From the NCBI GenBank assembly GCA_049889215.1, contig JBMHDV010000027.1, positions 97,185 to 161,184 of the forward strand: DNA of 64,000 bases, in the 5' to 3' direction. Source of the DNA: Candidatus Marinamargulisbacteria bacterium (lineage in GTDB: Bacteria; Margulisbacteria; Marinamargulisbacteria; UBA817). The first letter of the stretch is position 1. Each line of letters begins with the position of its first letter. Below are positions 31,240 to 40,819 of this stretch, piece by piece. The notes below the pieces were generated by a model, which saw only the letters and a program-made list of their open reading frames with translations, ran no database searches and was not told the origin of the DNA. A program made the position numbers and the translations under genes.

Positions 31240-31928
31240 GAATATTTTTTATCCTTTTGTGTTTAACAGTAAGTTTGTTTGCTAATGACGATGCTGCAAG
31301 AAATTACTATTTAAATAAAAATTATGAGACAGCAGCCATGAACTATCAAAAGCTTGTGAAAAAGTCCCCCACGAATGCCGCATACGCCTATAATTTAGGT
31401 GCGACATATTATCGTTTGAATCAACCAATATTAGCTAAATTTTATTTTTTGAAAGCGCTTAAGACTCGACCCACATTAAATGATGCAAAGTTAAATATTA
31501 ACTTAATTAACCAAGCCTTAATCGATCAAACATTAATTTATAAATCGTATTGGCTAAACTTTTTTGGGTTATCCTTCAAAGCGCTATCCTTGATTGTATT
31601 AATAGGGCTATTCACAATCATGTCACAGCTTGTTTTTAATCGCTCCAAATTGCCAGTGATACGGCGCATATTAATTATGGGGTTGCTGATTTGGCTTCCA
31701 TTGACGGCCATTACAATTGGCACATATATCAATCAACCCACATTTGGCATTTTATTTGATCAAAAAGCGACCATTTATTCAGGTCCTTCATTAACGCAAA
31801 AAACACTTTTTTATATCCATAAAGGTGTGGATTTTAAAATTAATAAAACCACAAATAATTGGGCAAATGTGGAATTTTCAAATGGGTTATCAGGGTGGTT
31901 AGAAACAAAATATATCAACCAAATTTAA
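31236..31928 (+). CDS. batE: BatE-like TPR + SH3 protein
   Basis: Signal peptide, TPR (YNLGATYY), two TM helices, C-terminal SH3b-like ..WANVEFSNGLSGWL. Confidence 0.8.
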   Translation: MRIFFILLCLTVSLFANDDAARNYYLNKNYETAAMNYQKLVKKSPTNAAYAYNLGATYYRLNQPILAKFYFLKALKTRPTLNDAKLNINLINQALIDQTLIYKSYWLNFFGLSFKALSLIVLIGLFTIMSQLVFNRSKLPVIRRILIMGLLIWLPLTAITIGTYINQPTFGILFDQKATIYSGPSLTQKTLFYIHKGVDFKINKTTNNWANVEFSNGLSGWLETKYINQI

Positions 31929-32788
31929 TGGTAAAATATGGTATTTTATGGCTTGTTTTAAGCATTCAAATTTTTGCACAACCATTCTATCCTGAGCCTG
32001 AATACAAAATGACATCGTCATTATTTTTTAATGATGCAGTTGCAGAGGTTTATAATGGCCGTTATATATCGAATTCAAAAACTATCGAACTTGCAATCGC
32101 CCATCAAAATAAAGAATGGGATTATGATTGGTTTTTATTGGCAACAGTGATTCCATCGTCCTATGGTCATTTTGGCTTTGGTTATTCCAATTATGGGATG
32201 AATGCATTACCAATTGTTAAACAAGATAATATTGGCTCGTACTTATCTGGAACATCAACAGATACATTTGAAGCAATTCATTTATCCTATTCTCCAAATT
32301 TGTCATGGGCAAATGTGACAACAACAGTGAAATTAATTGAGCGTCGATTAATTGATCAAGTTGCGAATGCAATAAAGGTAGATTTTAGGATAACCTCACC
32401 GCTTGTATTTAATCAGCAGTTGGGCATAAGGTCCCATTATTTTTTAGGAACAGATTACACCTGGACAGATGGTTCTACAGAGGAGCTTCCAAAGTATTTT
32501 AGCTTGTTTTTTATCCAGCCATTTCAAATAGCAAGAATTTTATTTGAATATAATCATTGCACAAATTATGATGAACTATCTTCTATTTTTACCCAATTGG
32601 GAATGCAGCTGGGTGATGATGTGGAAATTATTGCTGCGTACCAAACATCAAAAACATCAACACAGTTGACGTATGGGTCAGAGCTCAAAGTAACACCTAT
32701 TTTCAAAACTCGTTACTTACTCACCAACGATTTTAATGCATATTTTAATGAAACAATGCATAACATAGCTATTGGCGTAACATTTTGA
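31928..32788 (+). CDS. Hypothetical outer-membrane beta-barrel protein
   Basis: ATG overlaps the batE stop; signal peptide; aromatic-rich beta strands; ends IAIGVTF. Confidence 0.6.
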   Translation: MVKYGILWLVLSIQIFAQPFYPEPEYKMTSSLFFNDAVAEVYNGRYISNSKTIELAIAHQNKEWDYDWFLLATVIPSSYGHFGFGYSNYGMNALPIVKQDNIGSYLSGTSTDTFEAIHLSYSPNLSWANVTTTVKLIERRLIDQVANAIKVDFRITSPLVFNQQLGIRSHYFLGTDYTWTDGSTEELPKYFSLFFIQPFQIARILFEYNHCTNYDELSSIFTQLGMQLGDDVEIIAAYQTSKTSTQLTYGSELKVTPIFKTRYLLTNDFNAYFNETMHNIAIGVTF

Positions 32789-32807
32789 ACAGCATATAAT
32801 ACGATTA

Positions 32808-34193
32808 ATGGTTAAAAATATGAAATATTATTTTATTGGCATTAATGGTATTGGGATGAGTGCATTAGCTGAAATGATGGTATCACAAGGCGCAAAGGTA
32901 AAAGGGTCTGATTCTTCGCCATCAGTGAATTTCAGTTTTTTCAATAATTTAGGTATTGAAGTTCATTCTCAACAATCCAAAGAAAACATTCCGGATAATT
33001 CGTGGAAGATTATTATTTCAAGTGCGATAAAACCCAATAACGAAGAACTTATCCAGGCAAAAGCGATAGGTTGCCAAATTATCAAGCGTGGTCAGTTATT
33101 GGCCCAACTTATGGCTCAGGCCAAACACCAAGTTGGTGTTATGGGGACTCATGGAAAAACAACAACAACATCATTAATTGTTAGTATATTTCAACAATTT
33201 TCAAATCCGTCATATTTTGTTGGTGGTCATTTTAACGGAAAACCGCATGCGATTTTCAGTGAGCTGGATTGGTTTATAACTGAATTGGATGAAAGTGATG
33301 GGTCTTTTTTAGAAATGAGCCCATCAAATAGTGTTATTACAAATATCGAGCATGAGCATATTGATTTTTATCCAACAAAAGAAGAAATGGTTTCAGCATT
33401 TGAAGCCAGTATAAGCGAAACGTTATCGAAGGACGGGGTGTGTGCCATAAACTTAGATGACCCTATTTCTGAAAAAATATATAAAAAATACAATTCAAAA
33501 GATAAGTTTATAACGTATGGAATTGAATCGAAAAATGCCCAAATCCAAGCACAAAACATTGAATACGATTGGCAAGGAATTTCGTTTAAGTTAATCATAA
33601 ACTCAACGGAAGCAGATTGTGTTCGGATTCATTTATTTGGTCGACATAATGTTTACAATGCATTGGCTGCGGCAGCTATTGCGATTCACAATCAAATTCC
33701 TCTTAAAGACATATTAAATGGATTAAGTACCTTTAATGGGGTCAAACGTCGTTTAGAACTTAAGTATAAAGCCAATGATATTATGCTTTATGATGATTAT
33801 GCTCACCATCCAACAGAAATCATTACAACATTAGAGGGTGTTTATAAGAGTTTTTCAAATCATCGAATAATTACAATATTCCAGCCACATCGTTTTTCCC
33901 GGTTATCCAATTTGTTTCAGCAGTTTGCCGAATCATTTGATCGTTCATCATATTCGATTATAGTTCCAGTTTTTTCTGCAGGAGAAGATGAAGAGGGCTA
34001 TAAAAACTCCCAAGACCTAGTTGAAGAAATAAAAAAATATCAAGATGATGTCATTTACGCATCATCATTTAACATTGTTTTAGAGGAGCTTAATCGTATT
34101 ATTCAACCGAAAGATATTATTATTTTAATGGGTGCCGGTAGCATTACTAAATTGGCTAATGACATTATTCCATTAATAAAATCTGGGAGGTAA
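32808..34193 (+). CDS. murC: UDP-N-acetylmuramate--L-alanine ligase
   Basis: IGINGIGMSALA, GTHGKTTTTS, ELDESDGSF, DDYAHHPTEI, FQPHRFSR. Confidence 0.97.
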   Translation: MVKNMKYYFIGINGIGMSALAEMMVSQGAKVKGSDSSPSVNFSFFNNLGIEVHSQQSKENIPDNSWKIIISSAIKPNNEELIQAKAIGCQIIKRGQLLAQLMAQAKHQVGVMGTHGKTTTTSLIVSIFQQFSNPSYFVGGHFNGKPHAIFSELDWFITELDESDGSFLEMSPSNSVITNIEHEHIDFYPTKEEMVSAFEASISETLSKDGVCAINLDDPISEKIYKKYNSKDKFITYGIESKNAQIQAQNIEYDWQGISFKLIINSTEADCVRIHLFGRHNVYNALAAAAIAIHNQIPLKDILNGLSTFNGVKRRLELKYKANDIMLYDDYAHHPTEIITTLEGVYKSFSNHRIITIFQPHRFSRLSNLFQQFAESFDRSSYSIIVPVFSAGEDEEGYKNSQDLVEEIKKYQDDVIYASSFNIVLEELNRIIQPKDIIILMGAGSITKLANDIIPLIKSGR

Positions 34194-34198
34194 CAGCC

Positions 34199-35035
34199 AT
34201 CAAAAAAGAACTCAATGTTCCGATTCGTCGATTAACGTCTTTTAAGCAGGCTGGGACTGTTCATTCAGTGGTTACAATTGAGTCTGAAGAAGACTTAGAG
34301 GACCTAAATCAAAATTATCTGCCCATTGGTGGAGGTTCAAATATAATAATTAATCCTGAAATTCAGCAGCCCTTGATTAAGGTATCGCCATCTTTTTTTC
34401 CTACATCTGTTGAAAACGATAAGATCACATGTAGTGCAGGGTTACCATTAGCGGTATTAATAAAAACAGCTTTATCGAATGAGTTAAGTGGGTTGGAGTT
34501 TGCGACAGGCGTGCCTGCAACCATTGGGGGCATGGTTTACATGAATTTTGAATGTTGGGGGATTCAAATATCTGACATGATCCATTCCGTATTCGTTTAC
34601 ACGCCTGATAAGGGGTGTCATTGGCAAAGTCGATCAGATTATCAGTCAGGCTATCGATGGACGTCGTTTCATGAAGATAATGCGATTATTCTTGCGGTAT
34701 GTTTAAAACTGACACCGAACTCGCCATTGAAAATTAAAGCGTTAATGACAAAATACCTGAATGAAAGAAAGCAAAAGCAACCAATAATGAATGCAACATT
34801 TGGATCAGTATTCAAAAACCCACTCCCTAAAAAAGCGGGACAAGTTGTTGATGAAATTGGTCTAAAGGGAACAAAAGTTGGTGACGCAATGGTATCAAAT
34901 AAACATGCAAACTTTTTTGAAAATATTGATGATGCATCCTATGAAGATACCATTAATCTTATTAACATTATTCAAAATAAGGTCAACACTATGTACAATA
35001 TTAAATTAGAATGCGAAGTTCAGATTCTCGATTAG
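34199..35035 (+). CDS. murB: UDP-N-acetylenolpyruvoylglucosamine reductase, probable ATC start
   Basis: IGGGSNI, GLEFATGVPATIGG, GSVFKNP, KHANF, LECEV. The conserved N-terminus (NVPIRRLTSFKQAG) lies upstream of the ORF-track start 34268; GGGAGG sits 8 nt before ATC 34199. Confidence 0.92.
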   Translation: MKKELNVPIRRLTSFKQAGTVHSVVTIESEEDLEDLNQNYLPIGGGSNIIINPEIQQPLIKVSPSFFPTSVENDKITCSAGLPLAVLIKTALSNELSGLEFATGVPATIGGMVYMNFECWGIQISDMIHSVFVYTPDKGCHWQSRSDYQSGYRWTSFHEDNAIILAVCLKLTPNSPLKIKALMTKYLNERKQKQPIMNATFGSVFKNPLPKKAGQVVDEIGLKGTKVGDAMVSNKHANFFENIDDASYEDTINLINIIQNKVNTMYNIKLECEVQILD

Positions 35036-35913
35036 CTTGGTTAAATGGTAAAAAGGTAGCATTAATTTCAGGTGGCCCATCCAATGAAAGTGATGTGTCT
35101 AAACGATCTGCAAAAAATGTTGCAAATGCGTTGCAGCAATTGGGAATTAATTTTATCGAGTTGGACCCACTAAATCCAGAATTCTTTTCATCAGATTTTG
35201 ATATTGCTTTTAACTGTTTGCATGGTCGATGGGGAGAAGATGGTGCATTACAGGGATATTGCGATTTAAAAGGGATCAAGTATACTGGCCCAGGTATTAA
35301 GGCCACAACCATTGGATTTGATAAGCAATTGTTTAAACATAATATTCATCGCCTAGGAATTCATACACCAGCCATTGTTGATCCTTCAGATAAACCATTT
35401 ATTATTAAACCAAATTCAGATGGATCAAGCATTGGAATTCATCTTATAAAATCACTCAATAGTTATCATGAATTAGTAAAAAAACAACCCGAATTGTTAT
35501 CATCTGATTATTTTTTTGAAGAATTTATCGATGGAGTTGAAGTAACGTCAGGGGTAATAAAAATTGACAACCAAGTTAAGGTATTGCCCATATTACAGAT
35601 CCAAACAAAAAATGACTTTTATGATTTAGATGCAAAATATACTCCAGGAAAAACATCTTTTATTTTACCGGCCAATATTTCACCAAAAGTAACAAAAGAA
35701 ATTGAACTTATATCATCAAAAATATACGAACACTTTGAGTGTAAAGGTTGCATTAGAATTGACATGATGATCAAAAACGACACCCCATACGTTTTGGAAA
35801 TGAATACCAATCCAGGATTAACAGAACTTTCAGACATTCCAGCTCAGGCAAAGCATGCTGGCATTGATTTTAATGAATTAATGATTCATTATCTTGAAAG
35901 TGCTAAACAATAA
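35011..35913 (+). CDS. ddl: D-alanine--D-alanine ligase
   Basis: GGPSNESDVS, LHGRWGEDG, GSSIG, FYDLDAKY, LEMNTNPG. Confidence 0.96.
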   Translation: MRSSDSRLAWLNGKKVALISGGPSNESDVSKRSAKNVANALQQLGINFIELDPLNPEFFSSDFDIAFNCLHGRWGEDGALQGYCDLKGIKYTGPGIKATTIGFDKQLFKHNIHRLGIHTPAIVDPSDKPFIIKPNSDGSSIGIHLIKSLNSYHELVKKQPELLSSDYFFEEFIDGVEVTSGVIKIDNQVKVLPILQIQTKNDFYDLDAKYTPGKTSFILPANISPKVTKEIELISSKIYEHFECKGCIRIDMMIKNDTPYVLEMNTNPGLTELSDIPAQAKHAGIDFNELMIHYLESAKQ

Positions 35914-36592
35914 ATTCTTTTATTTTTTATTACCAGTATGCATCGCTTTAGGGGTTTTAATTCCATGTGAATTTAATGTAAAGTTTCAGTCTGCTGAGCA
36001 ATGGGTTCCTAAAAAAGATATTGAACGAACCATTCAGTCATTTCAAAAAATTCGTTTAATTCAACTTATGAATTGGCCCTCAGTGCGTCAGCACATTTTA
36101 AAAGAGTTTCCAATGATTCAATCAATGGGCTTATCTTTTGGCAGTTTTCCAAAAATTCAGATAAATATTATAGAAAAGCAGCCATGGGCAATTATTGTTC
36201 ACCAACAAAAACATTATATTGTATCAAAGGATGGCACACTTCTTAACCAAAAGTTAAGAGATGTTGAATTACCAGATTTCCCAATAATGATGATTAATGC
36301 TTCTACAAGCATTGTTAAAAATAACGAGTTAGAAGAGCCGTACCATAATGTCTTGAATGAATTAAGCAATGCATTATCAACAGTTCCATTTTTTGAATTA
36401 CAACAAATTAAACTTACAGAAAAAAATATACGATTAGTGGAGGTCAACGGGAAAGAGGTAAATTTGGGTGATTTTAGTAATATTGGTGAAAAAATGAGAT
36501 CTTTTAAATATTTTTTAGGTAGTGAAGGAGCCCGAAAAAAAACGTATGATTTTATCGATATACAATTCAATAAAAGAGTTATAATTAAATAA
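35894..36592 (+). CDS. ftsQ: Cell division protein FtsQ/DivIB
   Basis: N-terminal TM helix, POTRA-like region (FPKIQINIIEKQP), C-terminal FIDIQF; located between ddl and ftsA. Confidence 0.75.
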   Translation: MKVLNNKFFYFLLPVCIALGVLIPCEFNVKFQSAEQWVPKKDIERTIQSFQKIRLIQLMNWPSVRQHILKEFPMIQSMGLSFGSFPKIQINIIEKQPWAIIVHQQKHYIVSKDGTLLNQKLRDVELPDFPIMMINASTSIVKNNELEEPYHNVLNELSNALSTVPFFELQQIKLTEKNIRLVEVNGKEVNLGDFSNIGEKMRSFKYFLGSEGARKKTYDFIDIQFNKRVIIK

Positions 36593-36595
36593 ACT

Positions 36596-37762
36596 ATGAC
36601 AAATAAAAAGGTTATTACTGGTATTGATATTGGCACATCAAAAATTAGTGTTGTGATTTGCCAAATGAAAACAGCTGAAGATATTGAAATACTAGGAATG
36701 GGGACAAGTATTTTAAAGGGTGTTCAAAAAGGTGTGATCGTTGACCAAAGTTTATTTATTAATGCATTACAGAACTGTTTAAAAAGAGCACAGGCATCTT
36801 CGGATCAATTAATTGAGGATGTATTTGTTAATGTTCCTTCAGGAAATTCCAGGTATACCATTCAGACAGGCATTATTCAGAATGAGACATCTCAGCCAAG
36901 TAAAAAGATTAAAACTGAACAGGCAATGAAAAAGGCCATTCATTGCATTGATAAGAAGGGGCAATCTGTCTTGCATCTGTTTCCTATTAATCAGCGGGTT
37001 GATGGGCAGACGCGATCAGTTGCAAATACATATTATAATTTAGAAGTTGATACAGGCATCGTATTATGTGATTCCAATAATTTAAACATTATTTACTCTT
37101 CGATTAAAAAAATGGGACTTAAGATTAAGGGCGTTATAAGTGACTATTTGTCGATGGCAGCACCTTATTTAACCCAAACGAAGCATATGACACAATTATT
37201 TATTGATTTTGGTGCTCAAACAACATCATTTTGTGTTTTTACAAACAATCAATTACAGTTTGCGAATACGATTTTAATTGGATCAGATCAAGTCACTCAT
37301 GATTTATCAATATGCCTTAAATGCTCAGTATCGGAAGCTGAGAGAATTAAAATATTGCATGGTCAGTTAAACAAATTAGATACTGATTTATCAAACTCCA
37401 TTTCAGTTCAAACACACAATGGTCCTCAATTAGTCAAATTGTCATTGGTAACGTCAATTATTGAATCAAGAATGAACCAGTTATTTCAAATGATTCAAAA
37501 GTATTTAATTCATACAGTTAATTATGATTCTGTATGTTTGATTGGGTCGGGTGCAAATTTAGGCGGTCTACATCAATGGGTCGAGCAAAAACTGTCAAAA
37601 CCTATTATGAAATCAACACAATTTGAATTTAATGATATTTCTGTTAACTCAAATTACATGATTGCAATGGGACAAGTGGTTTATGGTTATCAAATTGGGC
37701 TACTAAAACACAGTCATAGTTCAATCTTAGAAAAGATATCATCAAAAATATTTAAAAATTAA
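36596..37762 (+). CDS. ftsA: Cell division protein FtsA
   Basis: GIDIGTSKI, IDFGAQTT, EAERIK; upstream of ftsZ. Confidence 0.92.
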   Translation: MTNKKVITGIDIGTSKISVVICQMKTAEDIEILGMGTSILKGVQKGVIVDQSLFINALQNCLKRAQASSDQLIEDVFVNVPSGNSRYTIQTGIIQNETSQPSKKIKTEQAMKKAIHCIDKKGQSVLHLFPINQRVDGQTRSVANTYYNLEVDTGIVLCDSNNLNIIYSSIKKMGLKIKGVISDYLSMAAPYLTQTKHMTQLFIDFGAQTTSFCVFTNNQLQFANTILIGSDQVTHDLSICLKCSVSEAERIKILHGQLNKLDTDLSNSISVQTHNGPQLVKLSLVTSIIESRMNQLFQMIQKYLIHTVNYDSVCLIGSGANLGGLHQWVEQKLSKPIMKSTQFEFNDISVNSNYMIAMGQVVYGYQIGLLKHSHSSILEKISSKIFKN

Positions 37763-37801
37763 ATTGAAATTAAAATAAAATAGATAATATACTTAAAAAA
37801 A

Positions 37802-39124
37802 ATGGATAAGAAAACAATACATCAATATGCAAATATAAAAGTAGTAGGCGTCGGTGGCGGCGGAGGTAACGCGGTTAACAGAATGATTGCGTCTTCGTTA
37901 CAAGGCGTTGAGTTTTGGGTAGTGAATACTGATTTACAAGCGTTGAATATTTCTTTAGCTGATCATCGTTTACAGATTGGTGAAAAACTCACCAAAGGGC
38001 TTGGTGGTGGAGCACAACCAGCGGTTGGTGCAGAGGCTGCTAAAGAAAGCAACAATGATATTGAAGCTGCGCTTGAAGGTGCAGACATGGTATTTATCAC
38101 GGCTGGTATGGGTGGAGGAACAGGTACTGGTGCAGCACCAGTGATTGCAAAGATAGCTAAGGATCAAGGTGCATTAACTGTTGCTGTAGTTACAAAACCA
38201 TTTCGATTTGAAGGTCCAATACGAGCAAAACAAGCCAATGATGGCTTAGAAGAACTTCGTTCTCAGGTAGATGCATTAATTGTTATCCCGAATGACAAGT
38301 TACTTCAAGTTGTAGAACGTGTAACATCTTTAGTTGATTCATTTAAGATTGCTGATGATGTTCTCAAGCAAGGTGTTCAAGGTATTGCAGATCTCATTAC
38401 AATACCTGGGTTAGTAAATTTAGATTTTGCAGATGTTAAAACCATTATGGCCAACTCCGGTTCAGCAATGATGGGAATTGGTAAAGCAAGTGGTGAAAAT
38501 AGAGCCGTTGAAGCTGCAGAAAAGGCCATTTCTTCGCCTCTATTAGAAGAAACCATTAATGGTGCAACAGGTGTATTATTAAATGTAAGTGGTGGTGAAA
38601 GTTTAACTCTCCATGAAGTAAATGACGTTGCTGATATTATTTATTCTGCAGTTGATCCTGAAGCCAACATTCTATTTGGTTCAGTTATTGAAGAGTCACT
38701 AGGGGATGAAATTATGGTCACTGTAATTGCCACTGGCTTTAACGCAGATGATAATCAATTAAATACTGAAACAATTCATTCAAATGACATTTCCTTATCA
38801 GAAACAGACGCCCCTGCACTTGATAATGAAATTCCAGCAACTCAACCTTCGCAAGTGGATCAACAACAACCAATAATTAATGTTGATAATTCATTTAAAT
38901 CTTTTGAAAAGACTCCGTCTGAAGAACTGATTGAGCGCAGAAAATCAATTGAATCCATGCAGACCAATAATTTTAACGCTAACTTTAAGAATTCTTTTCA
39001 GTCAGGATCTTTTGATCAGAATCAATCTGTTTCTGAGCCTGTTCATCAATTTACATCTTCTCAGCAGGTGGATGAATCTGATGATGATCAGTTGGACGTT
39101 CCTCCATTTCTTAAAAACTTCTAA
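37802..39124 (+). CDS. ftsZ: Cell division protein FtsZ
   Basis: [27 protein letters not shown]-terminal LDVPPFL. Confidence 0.99.
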   Translation: MDKKTIHQYANIKVVGVGGGGGNAVNRMIASSLQGVEFWVVNTDLQALNISLADHRLQIGEKLTKGLGGGAQPAVGAEAAKESNNDIEAALEGADMVFITAGMGGGTGTGAAPVIAKIAKDQGALTVAVVTKPFRFEGPIRAKQANDGLEELRSQVDALIVIPNDKLLQVVERVTSLVDSFKIADDVLKQGVQGIADLITIPGLVNLDFADVKTIMANSGSAMMGIGKASGENRAVEAAEKAISSPLLEETINGATGVLLNVSGGESLTLHEVNDVADIIYSAVDPEANILFGSVIEESLGDEIMVTVIATGFNADDNQLNTETIHSNDISLSETDAPALDNEIPATQPSQVDQQQPIINVDNSFKSFEKTPSEELIERRKSIESMQTNNFNANFKNSFQSGSFDQNQSVSEPVHQFTSSQQVDESDDDQLDVPPFLKNF

Positions 39125-39130
39125 CAGTTG

Positions 39131-40432
39131 ATGTGTTCTGACATATCCCATATTTACAACCTTTACATAAAAAGTGATGGAGTTTCTATTAATTCGAGGA
39201 CCATCTCATCAAATCAACTATTCTTTGCAATAAAAGGGAATAACTTTGATGGCAATCGGTATGCTCAAGAAGCGATCAATAAAGGTGCTTTAGCTGTAAT
39301 TGTAGATGACCCAAAACTTGAAAACACTGAAAAGCACATTCATGTAAAAAATAGTTTAGTCGCATTGCAACAGTTAGCAACAATGCATCGTCTTCAATTA
39401 GATGCAACGGTTTTTATCGCCATTGGTGGTTCAAATGGTAAAACCACAACAAAATCATTGTTACATGCCGTGTTTTCTCAGCACTACAATACATTTGCAA
39501 CAGAAGGTAATTTGAACAACCATATTGGAGTCCCTTTATCAATTTTATCAGTCAATAATGATTGCGACATTGCGATTTGTGAAATTGGGGCGAACCATTT
39601 AACTGAGCATGAGCTTCTTTGCAATATTCTACAGCCAGATATGGCGTTAATTACCAACTGCGGTAAAGACCATTTACAAGGTTATGGAAGTGTTCAGAAT
39701 GTCATTAAATCGAATAAAGAAATTTTTGATTTTTGTGTAAGTAAAAAGCGATTGGTGTTTTTAAATAGTGATGATGCTGGATTGATGTCATTTCAAGATT
39801 ATCCCAATTCAATCTTTTTTGGGAACACTCAACATAGGAACACTAAGTTTAGTTATGAGGTTATGCAGGAATATCCAAGGTTGAAGTTAAAAATTGCGAA
39901 TCCAGTTGGGCAAACCTTCGATCTAAATACCCATTTATATGGACAAATAAACGCTCATAATATCTTGGCTGCAATAACAATTGCCAATCATTTAAATGTT
40001 GAGTGCCAAAAAATATTAAGTGCAATCAGTGCTTATCAACCATCAATAAATCGATCTTCACACATTCTGTGGCAAACCCATGACGTTTACCTTGACGCGT
40101 ACAATGCAAATCCTTCAAGTATGAAGGCTTTTATTGATTTTATAGGTAAGTCACAGGGTTTGGTGAAAATTGTTGTTCTTGGGGCGATGGAAGAGCTTGG
40201 AAGTGCTTCTGAAGATGAGCATCGCTTGATTATTGAGCAATTAAAGCAAATTCAAGTAGATCAATTAATTTTAGTTGGATTACCGTTTAAGCCGCTTTCT
40301 GAATCAGTGCAGTGTCAATATTTTGATCATATGAGTAGTGCTGAATTTAAACAAAAGATTCATCAAATAACTAATGCTGAGATATTTGTTAAAGGTTCAC
40401 GAAAGTACATGCTTGAGACTTTATTTACTTGA
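39131..40432 (+). CDS. murF: UDP-MurNAc-tripeptide--D-Ala-D-Ala ligase
   Basis: GSNGKTTTK, GNLNNHIGVP, DAYNANPSSM, GAMEELG, KGSR. Confidence 0.94.
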   Translation: MCSDISHIYNLYIKSDGVSINSRTISSNQLFFAIKGNNFDGNRYAQEAINKGALAVIVDDPKLENTEKHIHVKNSLVALQQLATMHRLQLDATVFIAIGGSNGKTTTKSLLHAVFSQHYNTFATEGNLNNHIGVPLSILSVNNDCDIAICEIGANHLTEHELLCNILQPDMALITNCGKDHLQGYGSVQNVIKSNKEIFDFCVSKKRLVFLNSDDAGLMSFQDYPNSIFFGNTQHRNTKFSYEVMQEYPRLKLKIANPVGQTFDLNTHLYGQINAHNILAAITIANHLNVECQKILSAISAYQPSINRSSHILWQTHDVYLDAYNANPSSMKAFIDFIGKSQGLVKIVVLGAMEELGSASEDEHRLIIEQLKQIQVDQLILVGLPFKPLSESVQCQYFDHMSSAEFKQKIHQITNAEIFVKGSRKYMLETLFT

Positions 40433-40729
40433 TGGCTTTTTAAGCGCCATAATAGAGTCCTCTATCGTTGGATTCTTTTTTTTATATTCTGCAATTGCAT
40501 ATTCATTTTGTATATTGAGCCAAAATAGTGGGTCCATGTTTAAAAAGTAGCCCAATCGAATAGCTGTATCAATGCTAATCTCTCTTTTATTCTGAATAAT
40601 TAGATATAACCGATTCGTTGGTACATCAATTGCTCTTGCCAATTGTGCAACCGATAAATTAAGGCCATCAATTAAATACTGTTTGATCACATCTCCAGGG
40701 GATGAGTTTGGATCTCTGTTAACTTTCAT
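40421..40729 (-). CDS. HigA/VapI-family HTH antitoxin-like protein (orphan)
   Basis: SPGDVIK..LNLSVAQLARAIDV..ISIDTAIRLG..FWLNIQ is the HigA signature. Start is ATG 40729. Confidence 0.85.
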   Translation of the reverse strand: MKVNRDPNSSPGDVIKQYLIDGLNLSVAQLARAIDVPTNRLYLIIQNKREISIDTAIRLGYFLNMDPLFWLNIQNEYAIAEYKKKNPTIEDSIMALKKPSSK

Positions 40730-40770
40730 GAAACAAATTAAGTCTATAGTAAAAAAAATATCTATGCAAA

Positions 40771-40809
40771 TACTATATACGTAGTACGTGACACGTATCG
40801 CATATAGTA
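40771..40809. promoter_or_regulatory. 39-bp imperfect palindrome (operator candidate) between divergent higA-like gene and bioF
   Basis: Outer arms TACTATATACG / CGCATATAGTA with inner TACGTG-A-CACGTA. Confidence 0.6.
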
Positions 40810-40819
40810 AGGTTGTGTT

